Assembly: GCF_001194135.2 (NCBI RefSeq)
Contig: NC_068989.1
Location: 36,114,156-36,166,597, forward strand
Reading direction: 5' to 3'
Source of the DNA: Octopus bimaculoides
Lineage: Eukaryota
Length of the DNA stretch: 52,442 bases
Below, in pieces: positions 38,382 through 50,814 of this stretch (positions are counted from its first letter, which is position 1; every line of letters begins with the position of its first letter). A program made the position numbers and the translations under genes. The notes below the pieces were generated by a model. That model ran no database searches. It had not been told where the DNA came from and saw only the letters and a program-made list of their open reading frames with translations.

Positions 38382-38502
38382 CCTTTCTACTATAGGCACA
38401 AAGCCTGGAATTCCTGGGAGAGGGGTTCGTACTTATTTTATCGTTCACGAAATACTACTACTACTTCTACTACTACTTCTACTACTACTACTACTACTAC
38501 TG

Positions 38503-38581
<79 letters not shown>

Positions 38582-38600
38582 TGATGATGATGATGATAAT
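38329..38600. repeat. Chained (GAT)n, (CTA)n, (ATA)n, (ATG)n microsatellites with a SINE tail fragment
   Basis: Directly visible. Confidence 0.9.
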
Positions 38601-38935
38601 TCAAATTTTGGCAGAAGGCCAGCAGTTTTTTTTATCTGAGGGGGAAGTTGGTTATATCGATACCACTGCTTGACTGTTATTTTATCGACGTCGAAAGGAT
38701 GAAAGACAAAGTTGACCTCAGCGGAATTTGATCTCAGAACATTATGAGTCGGAAAAAATGCAGCAAGCATTTTGGTTCGACACATTAACGATTTTGCTAG
38801 CTAGTCACCTTAAACAACAACAACAACAATCCTTTCTACTATAGGCACGTGGCCTGAAATTTTGGGGGAAGGGAAGGCCGATTACATCGACCCCAGTACA
38901 CATCTGGTACTTATTTTATCCATCCCGAAAAGGAT
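38600..38935 (-). mobile_element. Two diverged family-A SINE copies
   Basis: Core blocks aaagttgacctcagcggaatttgatctcagaac and gattacatcgaccccagtac. Confidence 0.7.
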
Positions 38936-39082
38936 TTCATTCCCCGACTAATTAGTAAAGCAAACGACTGGTACAAACATTAGAACATTGAGCAGAATAC
39001 CTTGCCGTGATTGTTCCGAGTCATGTTGTTCTGATTTCAAATACCGCCAACAAGTGCTGGAGATAATTCCATTAAAAAGGCT

Positions 39083-39415
39083 AAAGACACCTTTCGGTCG
39101 TGAATGACCATGGGATTGCACCTAGAAAGTTACCCTCTGAGACATAAGTTCGGGCAAGGTTCTTTTATGGAAGACCAGCCGTCACCCATGCACACCATTC
39201 TCCACTCTCCACGCCATCGATGTTATCCAAGGCAAAAGGCTGATATAGCTTGGCACCAGTGACGTCGCAACTCATGTCTAGAGATGAGTGAACTGGAGCA
39301 ACGTGAAATAAAGTGTTTTGCTCAAGAACACAACACACAGCCCGGTCCGGGAATCAAATTCACTACCTCCTGATTGTGAGCCAGACACTCTAATCACTGA
39401 GCCATGCGCATTCAC
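39083..39415 (-). mobile_element. tRNA-derived SINE (family C), second copy
   Basis: Collinear with 4192-4519 from ctttcggtcgtgaatgaccatg to ctgagccatgcgcattcac. Confidence 0.82.
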
Positions 39416-39739
39416 TAATTTCACTAACAATTATGCTTTCAAAATTGATAAAATAAATGCTGCTCATTCTATCAACCTCAGCGGGCAAAGTTGGGCTCAA
39501 AGAAATTTCAAAAGAGAAACGTATCAAACTATGACTAAATTCTAATAAAATGTAATTCGTTTTGGTCCATTGTTGCATCATTTCCACTAAATTGCAAATA
39601 TTCAGAACTGAACAAACGCTCTGAAGCTGATTTACACAGTTGAAGTAATAAAGATATTTATCTTGAACAACTGTTCACGTCTTAGGTAATCATAAACATT
39701 CACAGTCACTAGTGAATGAAAGGAGCTTTGATGGAGCTG

Positions 39740-39960
39740 ATAATCCTTTTGCAATATATCCACAAAGCCTGAAATTTGGGGAAGGGGACTTAGTTGATTT
39801 TATCGACCCCAGTACTTGATTAGTACACATTTTATCAACCTCGAAAGGACGACAGGCTAAGTTGTCCTCGGTGGCATTTGAACTCAGAACGTAATGAGTC
39901 GGAAGAAATGCCGTTAAGAACTTTTGTCCTGTGTGTTAAAGATTCTGTTTACGCGTTGCC
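39740..39960 (-). mobile_element. Family-A SINE, diverged
   Basis: Same core blocks as the other family-A copies. Confidence 0.7.
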
Positions 39961-40283
39961 TTAGAAATTGTTAATAGTGGCAACAAACTCTGCCTCAAAT
40001 CACATGCTACCGCATTGAGGGAAAATAGAGGAACGAAACTTGATAAACGAATGATATTAGTTTCATCTATCATAGTTCTTACTTCAATGCACATGTATGC
40101 ACATAAATACAAACGCATGCACACACTAACATACATGCTTGTACAGGCATAGACGCTTCGTGATCCATAGTTTCCAAAAGAGTTATTCCACGTTCTCGTT
40201 AAAGTTTATAAATTCTTACACACACACACACACACACACAATATATATATACATATATATATATATATATTATATGATATGTA

Positions 40284-40321
<38 letters not shown>

Positions 40322-40449
40322 CATACATATATATATATATACATACATACATACGCATATAAAGGTAAAGATACATTGTAATCCAAGATGATAATCCAAT
40401 ATTATAATCCTTAGTACAGGAAACTGCAAAGCAATATACAAGGAACTAG

Positions 40450-40685
40450 GGCGGCGAGCTGGTATAATCGTTAGCACACTGGGCGAAATGCCTAGCGTTA
40501 TTTCGTCTGCCGTTACTTTATGAATTCAAATTCCGCCGAGGTCGACTTTGCCTTTCATCCTTTCGGGGTCGATTAAATAAATAACAGTTACGCACTGGGG
40601 TCGATGTAATCGACTTAATCCCTTTATCTGTCCTTGTTTATCTCCACTATGTTTTCCCCACCCCTATGGGCAATAAAGAAATAAA
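40450..40685 (+). mobile_element. Family-A SINE, full length, plus strand
   Basis: GGCGGCGAGCTGG...AATTCAAATTCCGCCGAGGTCGAC...GGGCAATAAAGAAATA. Confidence 0.88.
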
Positions 40686-40782
40686 TATACAAGGAACTCC
40701 CAAGAATTAAGACATTGCAATGGCTAAGTGACTGTGCGTATACTCATATGCACACACACACATGTACATATATATATGCATG

Positions 40783-40829
<47 letters not shown>

Positions 40830-41619
40830 TTTGTACATGTATATATCACACATATGTGTGTGTTTTTGTGTGAATGTATTACAAAAATGAAGTCTTTTTA
40901 ATCGTGTTTTTCGAGTAACTTTTTGAAACACACACAGGCACATGTACATATAATGCACATGTACACATACGTGCGCGCACCCACGCACACACACTCACGT
41001 CTGAATGTGTTTGCGGAAAAGAGATTGTTTATAAGATATTTAGTTACACCATCTTACGTTTCATTAACATAAATTTATTATTAATTACACGATGTAAGTT
41101 ACACTGTCAAATCATCAGAGACGTTTTTGTTTTGTATGTAACATTGTTGAATTGAAAATATGTTGACAGAATTCATTGTCATGGAGATGGTATAGAGCTG
41201 TGTATACACACAAAATATTTTACATACAAGAGATTTCTTATTTATGCAAATCCAAATGAGGTTAAATATAACTTGAAGACCGTCTACTCTTTGACTCTTG
41301 CCAACTACCAACCAATTGACTTCAATATTTCAAACGATTAATGATATCACAATTTCATATGGATAACAGAATCAGTAGAATGGAGGATTTAAACTTTTTT
41401 GGAGCATTTAATTACGTCATTTTAAAATTCAAATCATGCCGACGTACTCTGTCCTTCACCTTTCTAGAATCGTTTGAAAACAAGATACCAGCCATGTACT
41501 GAGGGCGACACAATCAACTATATCTTTCTTCCCCCAAATTGATGACCTTGTTCTTCACTCTAGCATCATTATTAAAAGTTGCACACCAGTCGAAGGGATA
41601 CAGTGACGTAGTCTCCTGC

Positions 41620-42080
41620 TATTAATTTATGCCAGTAATTATATGCATCTCGTAATTTTGGTTTATGCCAGTTGTTATACAGTTACAGTTTTACTTAACG
41701 TTGGGTGTTTATGCACCCTTGAAATTTTAATTTATGCCAGCGGTTATACATCCATACTAGTGGTTATACACTCATGCAATCTTAATTTAGGCCAGCGATT
41801 ATACACCCATGAACTAATATCATTTGTTATACACTCCTGCCAGTAGTTACACACCCTATAATTTGAATTTATACCAGTGGTTACACACCCTATAATTTGA
41901 ATTTATACCAGTGGTTACACACCCTATAATTTGAATTTATGCCAGTGGTTACGCACCCTATAATTTGAATTTATACCAGTGGTTACACACCCTATAATTT
42001 CAATTTATGCCAGTAGTTATACTCCCATCACAGTACTTACAGATCCATGCCAGGGGAAACACACCGATGCCAGTGATTAT
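41620..42080. repeat. 34-bp minisatellite (CCAGTGGTTACACACCCTATAATTTGAATTTATA)
   Basis: Five near-identical units at 41840-42009, with progressively degenerate units on both flanks. Confidence 0.9.
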
Positions 42081-43927
42081 ACAATCATATCTTAGGAAAT
42101 TCTTCAAACTTAGATTCTTTGAACGATTTCGTTGTGTATTTCTTTTAGACTTAAATATTTTCCCCAATCTCAACCAATTGTTCGTAGAGCTAACAGAGAA
42201 CAGAATGGTAAGCTTCTGTAGAACCGAGCGAATTATACTTCTATTATTGGTTGAAGTCTATTAAATATTCTCATGTTCCGTCTTCAATGAAAAAAAAAAG
42301 CTTGAATGCCAAATCATATTATTTAGTTGACTCACCGACTCAAAAGTATCGTTGACACCAATTCTAGATAATTAACACGATGCGGACCAATGAGGAAACC
42401 TCTACGTGGTTATTTGATCTGTTAGAAATAGCAACCATATTTCCTCATATCAAACTTGACCGTCTCAAAAACTAACTGAAGGATGTGATGGACTATAAAG
42501 TCCAAGATAACGAAAAAGACGTGCTGGTCACGGTTGAAACGCCTCTGATTACAGCTCTATTCGATCAGAGATGGTCTGGAACTAAACAAGAATTTCTTTC
42601 CATTATAAAGTCCTTCCTACAGTCTTTTTCAGCTTCTATCGCACTTTACCCACATTGTTTTTTATATTTAAGTAAAAAAAAAATGTTCTTTTACCCTTCA
42701 TGGCCCCAGTTGCTATTAAAGAAGGCATGGAAGGAACTAAAAGGTCTGGTCTTTTTTCTCTAAGAATGTAACGTAAGCGACTCTAAAGATTCAGTTTTCC
42801 AGGAATATAGCACATACGAGATTTCGGTGACGTAGTGACCTATCAGCCGCCGTAAACATTAAACTTCATGCTATCGCATTCGACAATAAAGAAATAGTAC
42901 TTTATCCTAGGTTTGTTGCCTTTGAGCCCCCAAATCAAGATAAATCAATACTTTCGAATAACTTATGACAAGGCTTCGAATCTGGCAAGTTGTTCAGGTT
43001 TGTTTAGATTTGTTTTTATTTTTGAACAATAGAAACCTATTTCTCCACGAATGATCAATGAGATTTCAGAATGAGTTTAGAAGAAGCGTACAACGATACG
43101 CCAAAGCCCGTGCCTCATGTGAGATGTCTGAAATATCATTGTTTAGTCTATTGCGATAAAGAGATTAAGAGTTAGGAGACAACTTCCTCAGATCTGTCAG
43201 ATGAACCTTGATTGTTCAGATTAGAGTCAAACCGATAATCCCCGGAGGACCTGTATTGTTTGGCTTTAACTAAGCAACTTGCAGTAGGCGAATTTTGTAT
43301 GAAATCCATTGTGTGTGTGTGTGAGTGTGTGCCAGTGTGAGTGTGTATGTGTGTGTGTGTGTGTTTGCGAGTATGTACGTGTGTGCGTGCATGCGTGTGG
43401 GAGCCCGCCCGTACGTATGTGTATCCACATGGGAAAATCAAGATACCAGAATAACGACGGAACGATATATATGTGTATANNNNNNNNNNNNNNNNNNNNN
43501 NNNNNNNNNNNNNNNNNNNNNNNNNNNNNNNNNNNNNNNNNNNNNNNNNNNNNNNNNNNNNNNNNNNNNNNNNNNNNNNNNNNNNNNNNNNNNNNNNNNN
43601 NNNNNNNNNNNNNNNNNNNNNNNNNNNNNNNNNNNNNNNNNNNNNNNNNNNNNNNNNNNNNNNNNNNNNNNNNNNNNNNNNNNNNNNNNNNNNNNNNNNN
43701 NNNNNNNNNNNNNNNNNNNNNNNNNNNNNNNNNNNNGTATGTATGTATGTAGTATATATATTATGTTTGTAAGTATATATTTTGAATGAAATATACCAGA
43801 AACGCAACAACGATGTTCTTCATGCAGCTAAGACTACAACACACCACACACATATAATAATAATATAATAAATTTATATGTATTCATGTCTGTCTGTCCG
43901 TTTGCATATTCTTCGCTTGAATTAGCA

Positions 43928-43998
<71 letters not shown>

Positions 43999-44316
43999 CA
44001 TCTATCTACCGATTTATCTATGTATTCCTTTTCTTTCTTTCTAGTTGTGAATGTAAGTATGTGGGGGGAGGGAGGTGCATATGGTGATACTTCATAATGG
44101 TAATATCTTAACTTGCACGCTTAACAGAATTTAATTATATAAATATAAGAATTAGTGAAGTAAACGATCACAAATCTTTGAAATGCGAGAGTGGGTCTCT
44201 GTGGTGTGTGCTTTGTCAGCGTACCCACGGATGTTTACCGACCTAAAAGTAATATTAAAGAAGCCAAACAAATATTAGTCCTGTATATTATTCAAAAATA
44301 ATATATACATACTATA

Positions 44317-44660
44317 GGCGCAGGAGTGGCTGTGTGATAAGTAGTTCAGGGTTCAGTCCCACTCTGTGGCATCTTGGGCAAGTGTTTTCTACTATAGCCT
44401 CGGGCCGACCAAAGCCTTGTGAGTGGATTTGGTAGACGGAAACTGAAAGAAGCCTGTCGTATATATGTATGTATGTCTATGTATGTCTGTGTGTATATGT
44501 ATGTCTGTGTGTCTGTGTTTGGCCCCACAACATCGCTTGACAATTTGGTGTGTTTACGTCCCCGTTAATCAGCGGCTCGGCAAAAGAGACCGATAGAATA
44601 AGTACTAGGCTTACAACGAATAAGTCCTGGGGTCGATTTGTTTGACTAAAGGCGGTGCAT
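44317..44660 (+). mobile_element. tRNA-derived SINE (family B)
   Basis: GGCGCAGGAGTGGCTGTGTG head; body collinear with the 31369 copy. Confidence 0.85.
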
Positions 44661-46146
44661 CATCCCCTCTCTCTCTCTCTCTCTCTCTCCCTCTCGCTCC
44701 CTCTCGCTCCCTCTCTCTCTCTCTCTCCCTCGCTCCCCCTCTCTCACCCCTCTCTCTCTCTTGCTCCCCCCTCTCTCTCTCACTCCCCCTCTCTCTCCAC
44801 ATACACAAACTCATCGAAGTCATTAATAGTCATTCGACGAAATTTTTGAAATATTGGTAACATCTTCGAAACATTATCATACTTAGAATATACATAACAT
44901 TTGATTAACTCAAGTTTAGGGGTTTAAAAAAATGAAAGTAAATTAATCAGAAGTAGCATAAGTAAAAGCCCACAATTTCATTAAAAGAACATACAGAGAA
45001 CTGACGAAATCCCTTAAATTCATTAACAGAAGCATATCATTATGCGGCGTCTACAGGTGTCTAGACGTATAGTGCTTTCTAGTGATGTGTTAAGTACTTC
45101 AGAAAAGACAGGTGAGATACACCGTCCCAACATACTATATACAACGCAAAAATGATTGTTTTCATCTTATATTAAATATATGTACGGTTTTCATGGTATA
45201 CAAAATATGTACGTGTTATTCATGTCACTGAGTGACATGAAATTACAGGTTGTTTCTGTCGTTATTTTCGGCCATTACACTTTCATTTTCTTAAAACCTT
45301 TAAACTGTATCATAACCAAACATTGTTCATAAAGTCGAAAATTCTTTGAAAGTTTACAGTCTTCTTCATCACCAGTGGCATAACTTGAGCGATATCACAC
45401 GGTCGGTTACTCTGGGCGCAAAATTTCAGAAAAAAATAAAATAGTATTAATCCTTCCAAATTTTGGCGAAAGGCCAGCATTTGGGAAGGAGGACCCAACT
45501 TCTTGACTGGTTTGAAATGATGAAAGGTAAAAGTTAATTTCATAAGGATATGAACTCAAAACGTAAACAATCAGAAGAAATGCTTAGCAGCATTTTGTCT
45601 GATGCTCTAATGATTTTGCTTATTCACTGCCTTAATAATAACATTGTGTAACAAAATTTTAATTTTTGTTTTTGTTTTGGTCAGTAAGAGCTATTTCCTA
45701 TTTGTTTCTATCTAGAAATCGAAGGAAATGACTACTATTCCCTTTACACTTTGATTTTGTTACCTGGACATCAATGTTTTAAAACTGACCTATTTTCTAT
45801 TACATTTCAGACAGTTTCAGCGCTGAGTTCCTGAAGCAGAAATATCATTATAGAAAATATTCTGCTCAGTACCACAGATTTGCTAGTTATTTGCTTAACT
45901 TTAATTATTTGAGCATGTCTCTTAGTAGCTGACTATATGTGCACCTCTGATCATGAGCAGTAGTGAAGGGATCGTCATAACCACAAGTTAGGAGGGATTC
46001 TTCGGGGTTTGAATAAATATCGTAAAAAAACGAAGTTTGAAGGAAATATTAGCCATTTTTCATACCTTCTAGGAGTAAGCAAATAGGAAATAGTAGTTGC
46101 TACCCAAGGACGAAAATAGTGTTACACAGTGTAATTCTTTCTGCTA

Positions 46147-46388
46147 CAGTCGTGGCCGAAAGTTTGGAACATAGGTCTGAAAATTACAACTTTTATATTT
46201 AATACCCAAAGTTATATTTAATTTGCAATATACTATTATTTGGCCAAAAGTTTGGAACATAAGTCTGAAAAGTATAATTTTTATACTAAATGCTCAAATA
46301 TATACGTTGCATATATTTGAATCGAATAGCACTTGGGCATAACAATTTTAATTTTTAAAAAGATGTTCCAAATTTTTGGCTACGACTG
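46147..46388. mobile_element. Tc1-type MITE with an internal third TIR copy
   Basis: TA|CAGTCGTGGCCGAAAGTTTGGAACAT ... ATGTTCCAAATTTTTGGCTACGACTG|TA; internal TGGCCAAAAGTTTGGAACAT at about 46241. Confidence 0.88.
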
Positions 46389-46399
46389 TATAGACACAA

Positions 46400-46575
46400 T
46401 ATGTGAAATTTGGTGGGAAGACGGCTAGTCGATTACATCAACTCGTACTTTTAACGACTGCAAAAGGATGAGAAGCAAAGTCAACCTCACCGGAATTTGA
46501 AGTTAGAACGTAAAGCCGGAAGAAATAACGCTTAAGCATTTTCCTCGAGATGCTAATGATTCAGCGAGCTGGCTG
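46400..46575 (-). mobile_element. Family-A SINE, diverged
   Basis: gtcgattacatca...aaagtcaacctcaccggaatttgaagttagaac. Confidence 0.7.
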
Positions 46576-46585
46576 TCCTAGTAAT

Positions 46586-46954
46586 TGTTGGCACTCTGTC
46601 GCTTACGACGTCGAGGGTTCCAGTTGATCCGATCAACGGAACAGCCTGCTCGTGAAATTTACGTGCAAGTGGCTGAGCACTCCACAGACACGTGTACCCT
46701 TAACGTAGTTCTTGGTGATATTCAGCTTGACACAGTGTGACAAGGCTGACCCTTTGAATTACAGGCACAAGTAAGAGTGAGAGAAAGTTGTGGTGAAAGA
46801 GTACAGCAGGGTTCGCCACCATCCCCTGCCGGAGCCTCGTGGAGCTTTAGGTGTTTTCGCTCAATAAACACTCACAACGCTCGGTCTGGGAATCGAAACC
46901 GCGATTCTATGACCGCGAGTCCGCTGCCCTAACCAATGGGCCATTGCGCCTCCA
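46586..46954 (-). mobile_element. tRNA-derived SINE (family D), full length, with 13-bp TSD
   Basis: Minus-strand head TGGAGGCGCAATGGCCCATTGGTTAGGGCAGCGG...GGTTTCGATTCCC (A and B boxes). Flanked by CTGTCCTAGTAAT at 46573-46585 and 46955-46967. Confidence 0.88.
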
Positions 46955-47085
46955 CTGTCCTAGTAATAGTAAATGAAAAATAAGAAATAAGAAAAATAAC
47001 ACATCTTCTGCAATACTTGCACTGTCCTCGGGATGCTGGTAAGCCACGCTATGCCACTCTTTATTATAACAACTTATTATCTTAC

Positions 47086-47363
47086 CTTTCGTCCAGCTTG
47101 ATTATTATGAAGATTCATCAAACTCCGACCGTTTATTTTCCTTCGCCTTTCTTTTGCATCAACAAAAGTCTGAGAGAAAGCTGATCCAAATGCTATATTA
47201 TCAGAACAGCCAGACCAAATGAAAGTGCTTTCTATCGAAGCATTTTTATGTACGATCCGATCACAGCCACATTGTTCCATTTTCCCGCTGCTGCAGGCTC
47301 GGGTGACGGTATGGGCAACTGCAGCCGACGATATGGCATACACAAAGGCAGACTCACGAGTTG
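47086..47363 (-). CDS. Wnt4: Wnt4 internal coding exon (equivalent to vertebrate exons 3+4), 278 nt
   Basis: Translates (A)[92 protein letters not shown], with the hallmark Wnt motifs [22 protein letters not shown] and MNLHNN.AGRK. Acceptor ctttcag at 47365-47364; donor GTAAGA at 47085. G from the upstream exon plus CA gives Ala in frame. Confidence 0.96.
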
Positions 47364-47606
47364 CTGAAAGTAAATAACGTACATATGTGTGTATATATAT
47401 ATGTACATATACATCCATAAAGTAGTAAACAGTTGAATAAGGAAACAGAAACTAAATGTTAAATGATAAACAAAATAAGTTGAGCTTGTGAACAATTTGT
47501 ATGTGGTTGCACGCGCGCGTGTGTGTGCGTGTATAGGTAATTGTTCCGCTATATAAAAAAAAGTAAATAAAAATTAAGGAGGAGATAAGTACTAAAAGAA
47601 GCAAAG

Positions 47607-48029
47607 GGACATTGGGTATTCCGTGGCATAGAAAGAGTCTCAAGAAAGTGTCTTATGGTCGAAGTACCTGATCGCACAAAAGAAACTTTAACTAAGCTGA
47701 TACAAAGGTAGATTTTGCCTGGGTCTCACATAGTAAGCGATGGATGGCGAACATATAACATCGGCATCCTCAATGGTGGTGCCTATACGCACGGAGTGAT
47801 TATACACCAACAACATTTTGTTGATCCTTATAATCAAGACGTTCACACACAAAATGTAGAAAACATGTGGATGCGGGTGAAACGGAAATTGAGACAACAG
47901 TTTGGGACATCGGACGAATTGTTTGTTTCATATCTACCTGAGTTTTTCTGGCGTAATTCTACTGAGAAAAAGAAGACATTTGTTCACTTTCTGGCGGCGG
48001 TCGCCTTCTTTATGCTGTATAAAAAGTAA
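47607..48029 (+). mobile_element. Merlin (IS1016/ISXO2-like) transposase remnant
   Basis: GHWVFRGIERVSRKCLMVEVPDRTKETL..LIQR*ILPGSHIVSDGWRTY...HQQHFVDP...VHTQNVENMWMRVKRK...SYLPEFFWR. The WVFGGIER, SDGW..Y, HTQN.E..W and YL.EF.WR motifs are those of Merlin transposases. One in-frame stop. Confidence 0.85.
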
Positions 48030-48844
48030 GCTGCATCTTTTACTACTTATCTCCCCTTAATTTTATTTACTTTTTTATATAACTAAACTGAACAATTGCC
48101 ATATATATATATGATTATGAACATAGAAGCGCCGAATATTTTTTTCAAATGTAATTCCCTCCCTCTGTCATTTCTCATGGTCTTCTGTCTGCATTCCGCA
48201 ACTGAGGGTAAAATAGAAATATATTCAGTGATCTATCATTGCTGAATCATTAATTAATTAAAAAAATATTTTGCTCTATTGCTAATAGATCCCCGAGTAA
48301 TTGGACAGGAGGGTCAAAGATTTGATATACGGATTCAAGTTTGAAATTTAATATTTCGCTTATTTAATCTTACGATTCGGACGACTTCAAATTCCAGATG
48401 TCTTCAGGCGCTGATTGAGTTAATAAACATTTTGGTGAGTAAATTAGTTGGTGGAAAATTAGCCAGTTTCTATTTTGTCATCCGGTTTCAATCCGAGGAT
48501 TTTACTGCGTTTAATATGCTAATAACAGATTAAATAAAGAAAATATATGTATATACACACACATATACATTTTGGAACTTATTACACACACACGCACACA
48601 CATGCACACATGTATACATACAGAAATACATACATACATACGTACATATATTATATATCAATATCATATGTATCTATATCATACACACATACATATAAAT
48701 ATGTATATACATATGTATGAATGTGTGCGCACACACGCACACACAAACACATTCACACACGCGCGCGCACATCAAAAGAGCCTTGCAGGCCCTCGAAGAC
48801 TTATGAGACCAATTACGTTAACGTTCCTTTTAAGCATGTCTTAC

Positions 48845-49690
48845 TTGCTGGTTAATTCCCGCAAGACATGAGCGGGTAGGAGATTCCAGAATGCCAATGT
48901 TCTAAAGGTGAATGGTTGACACAGTGGTTGGTAAAGGGAAACGAGGTTCGACGCATCAAAGGTGTCGAGAGGCAGAGAGACAAGTAAGTCGAAGTGCGTG
49001 AGTGGTAGAAGTACGATACCACACAGCTCTGAAGGGAAGAGACCAGAGGCAGTACACCAGTGCGACAGAGGCTCGAACGTGTCTCTTAGTAATGGAGTGA
49101 CTACCTGCCAAGTGACACTTTTCTTAGTGCGTTCTAAGAGGTTAGTGTGCGTCGCGGCAGCTCAGTCGCAGAAGTAGGCCGCAGAACTAAATTGTGGTCC
49201 TCACTTGAGCCTTGTAGATTTTCAGGAGCTGTTGGGAGATGAAATATTTTCTGGCCTAGAGAGGCGGGCAAGTCTTTGCAATGCGGTCATAGCTAGGGTG
49301 ATGATGAGCTTTTGCTAGGAGAGATACCTGATGAAACAGAGGTACAGCGTTTAGAGAGACTGTGGGTGCTCTAGCTGAGTGGCATTTACATTCAGAGAGG
49401 ATATGGTGCAGGGATGTTATTTAAATATGAATAGTGGTTGAGTTATTTTATTTTTGTTATTAAAAGTTGGTATGAGGCCACTGAAGGATGTTCTCAAGGT
49501 GTCCGTTTATGGAATCAATGCAGGTTCGGTGTACGATGTAGAGATTGCGTGGTTGTGGAAGATTAGGAAAGAATGAAAAGTAATGATATCAGTACATGAC
49601 TGGACATTGTTAGATGTGGCGGCGCGTAGGTCATTAATATATAGAAGAAAGTGAGTGGAGGGAAGAACTTAACTCTGGGAGATACAAGAG
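48845..49690 (-). mobile_element. CR1/L2-group LINE reverse transcriptase remnant
   Basis: Minus strand FLLYINDLRAATSNNVQSCTD (cf. GVPQGSVL.PTLFLLYINDL...FADD), QQLLKIYKAQVR, and terminal FWNLLPAHV; heavily decayed. Confidence 0.75.
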
Positions 49691-49884
49691 TTTATTGACA
49701 GCAAAACTGAATGAGCTCCGCCAACACATACCACAATGGTACAACTAGATAGGAAGCTACTGAACCGAAACATATATATATATATATATATAAACATGTG
49801 TCTGTGAATGTATATCTAGAGGGAGAGAGNNNNNNNNNNNNNNNNNNNNNNNNNNNNNNNNNNNNNNNNNNNNNNNNNNNNNNN

Positions 49885-49934
<50 letters not shown>

Positions 49935-50578
49935 GTATACATGTAAGCAGACACATTGTCTGCTCCTGTTTTGTTCGGCCAAGAGCAGACAAATTAAGCA
50001 AAAGAGGGAACCGAGGAAGTCTGATTGTTTCGGATTTTTGACCACATGGTAGCTTTTTTTTTTTTGTACCTACACAACTTTTATTCCAAGCACTAATGCA
50101 ATTGTTGGATTCAAACTAGCTGCCCATTTAGGATAATAATTTATTGAGTGATATTCACTTCCCCTGACTTACAGTTAATGATCTTAAAGGATTATCTATC
50201 CAGTATATGCACTCCTTCAGGTCATGGGACGAGGAAAACCTTACTTTCATGTTCCGACTCATTTGGGGAATCTGAGACGAGGGAATCGCTCCACCCAGTA
50301 TAATCAGGAGCTTTCTCAACATAGCACAAATGTAATGAAAACGGGAAGTTTGATATCTATACTTTCTTTACCATTATCTCTTGTTCACAACATAGAAAAC
50401 GATTATTGGTTAATTTATTGTTAGCAACTACAGATATCCATGATTAAAGAGAAGGGAAAATGTAAAATGTTATTTTAATATACCAGATTACCCCTTTCCT
50501 CATCATATATATTAAATTCCTTTGTTTGCAATAAATATAATTATCTATTTATGATTAATTAAAACGACAGTTATTTAC

Positions 50579-50814
50579 CTTTGTTCAAAATATTTCCAGG
50601 GGTGTCTAATGACTCGATGGAGCTGCAATTCCAACGTCTGCTCTTAAACTGCTCCTGACATTCTTGGATAGCCAAAATGGCTCCCTGTTTAACACTTTCC
50701 ATCATTATTAAATTCTTTTTGCATATTTTTTTCTGTCGTTTCACCAGTCCAACCAGTGTATCACAGGCTTCTTCTGTGTTGATGTTCACCAGAGAAGGCA
50801 TCTTGGCCAATGAC
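50579..50814 (-). CDS. Wnt4: Wnt4 internal coding exon (equivalent to vertebrate exon 2), 236 nt
   Basis: Translates (G)SLAKMPSLVNINTEEACDTLVGLVKRQKKICKKNLIMMESVKQGAILAIQECQEQFKSRRWNCSSIESLDTPGNILNK(G). It has the Wnt N-terminal cysteine pattern and the RRWNCS motif, and is closest to Wnt4 (LAKLSSVGSISEEETC...[21 protein letters not shown]). Acceptor ...gtctttatag at 50816-50815 follows a pyrimidine tract; donor GTAAAT at 50578. Starts in phase 2, ends in phase 1. Confidence 0.95.

Larger units (their letters stand above)
47364..50578 (-). other. Wnt4: Wnt4 GT-AG intron (3215 bp)
   Basis: Bounded by the donor and acceptor of the two exons; phase 1 matches on both sides. Confidence 0.9.

Noticed and set aside
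38329-38673. ORF of poly-Met/poly-Leu/poly-Ile
   Set aside because: Chained trinucleotide microsatellites; no protein signal.
39020-39075. Minus-strand STCWR as a possible Wnt KTCW exon
   Set aside because: No upstream CKCHG..SGSC; the sequence is a decayed SINE.
41840-42009. Regular 34-bp repeats as a CRISPR array
   Set aside because: Units are contiguous with no unique spacers, and the context is eukaryotic.
42485-42763. 92-aa plus-strand ORF
   Set aside because: No recognisable motif or splice context; length is within chance expectation.
46880-46954. tRNA gene calls for SINE heads (also about 4450-4519, 31369-31430, 39345-39415)
   Set aside because: A/B boxes are present but run into multi-copy SINE bodies, and I could not build a full cloverleaf.
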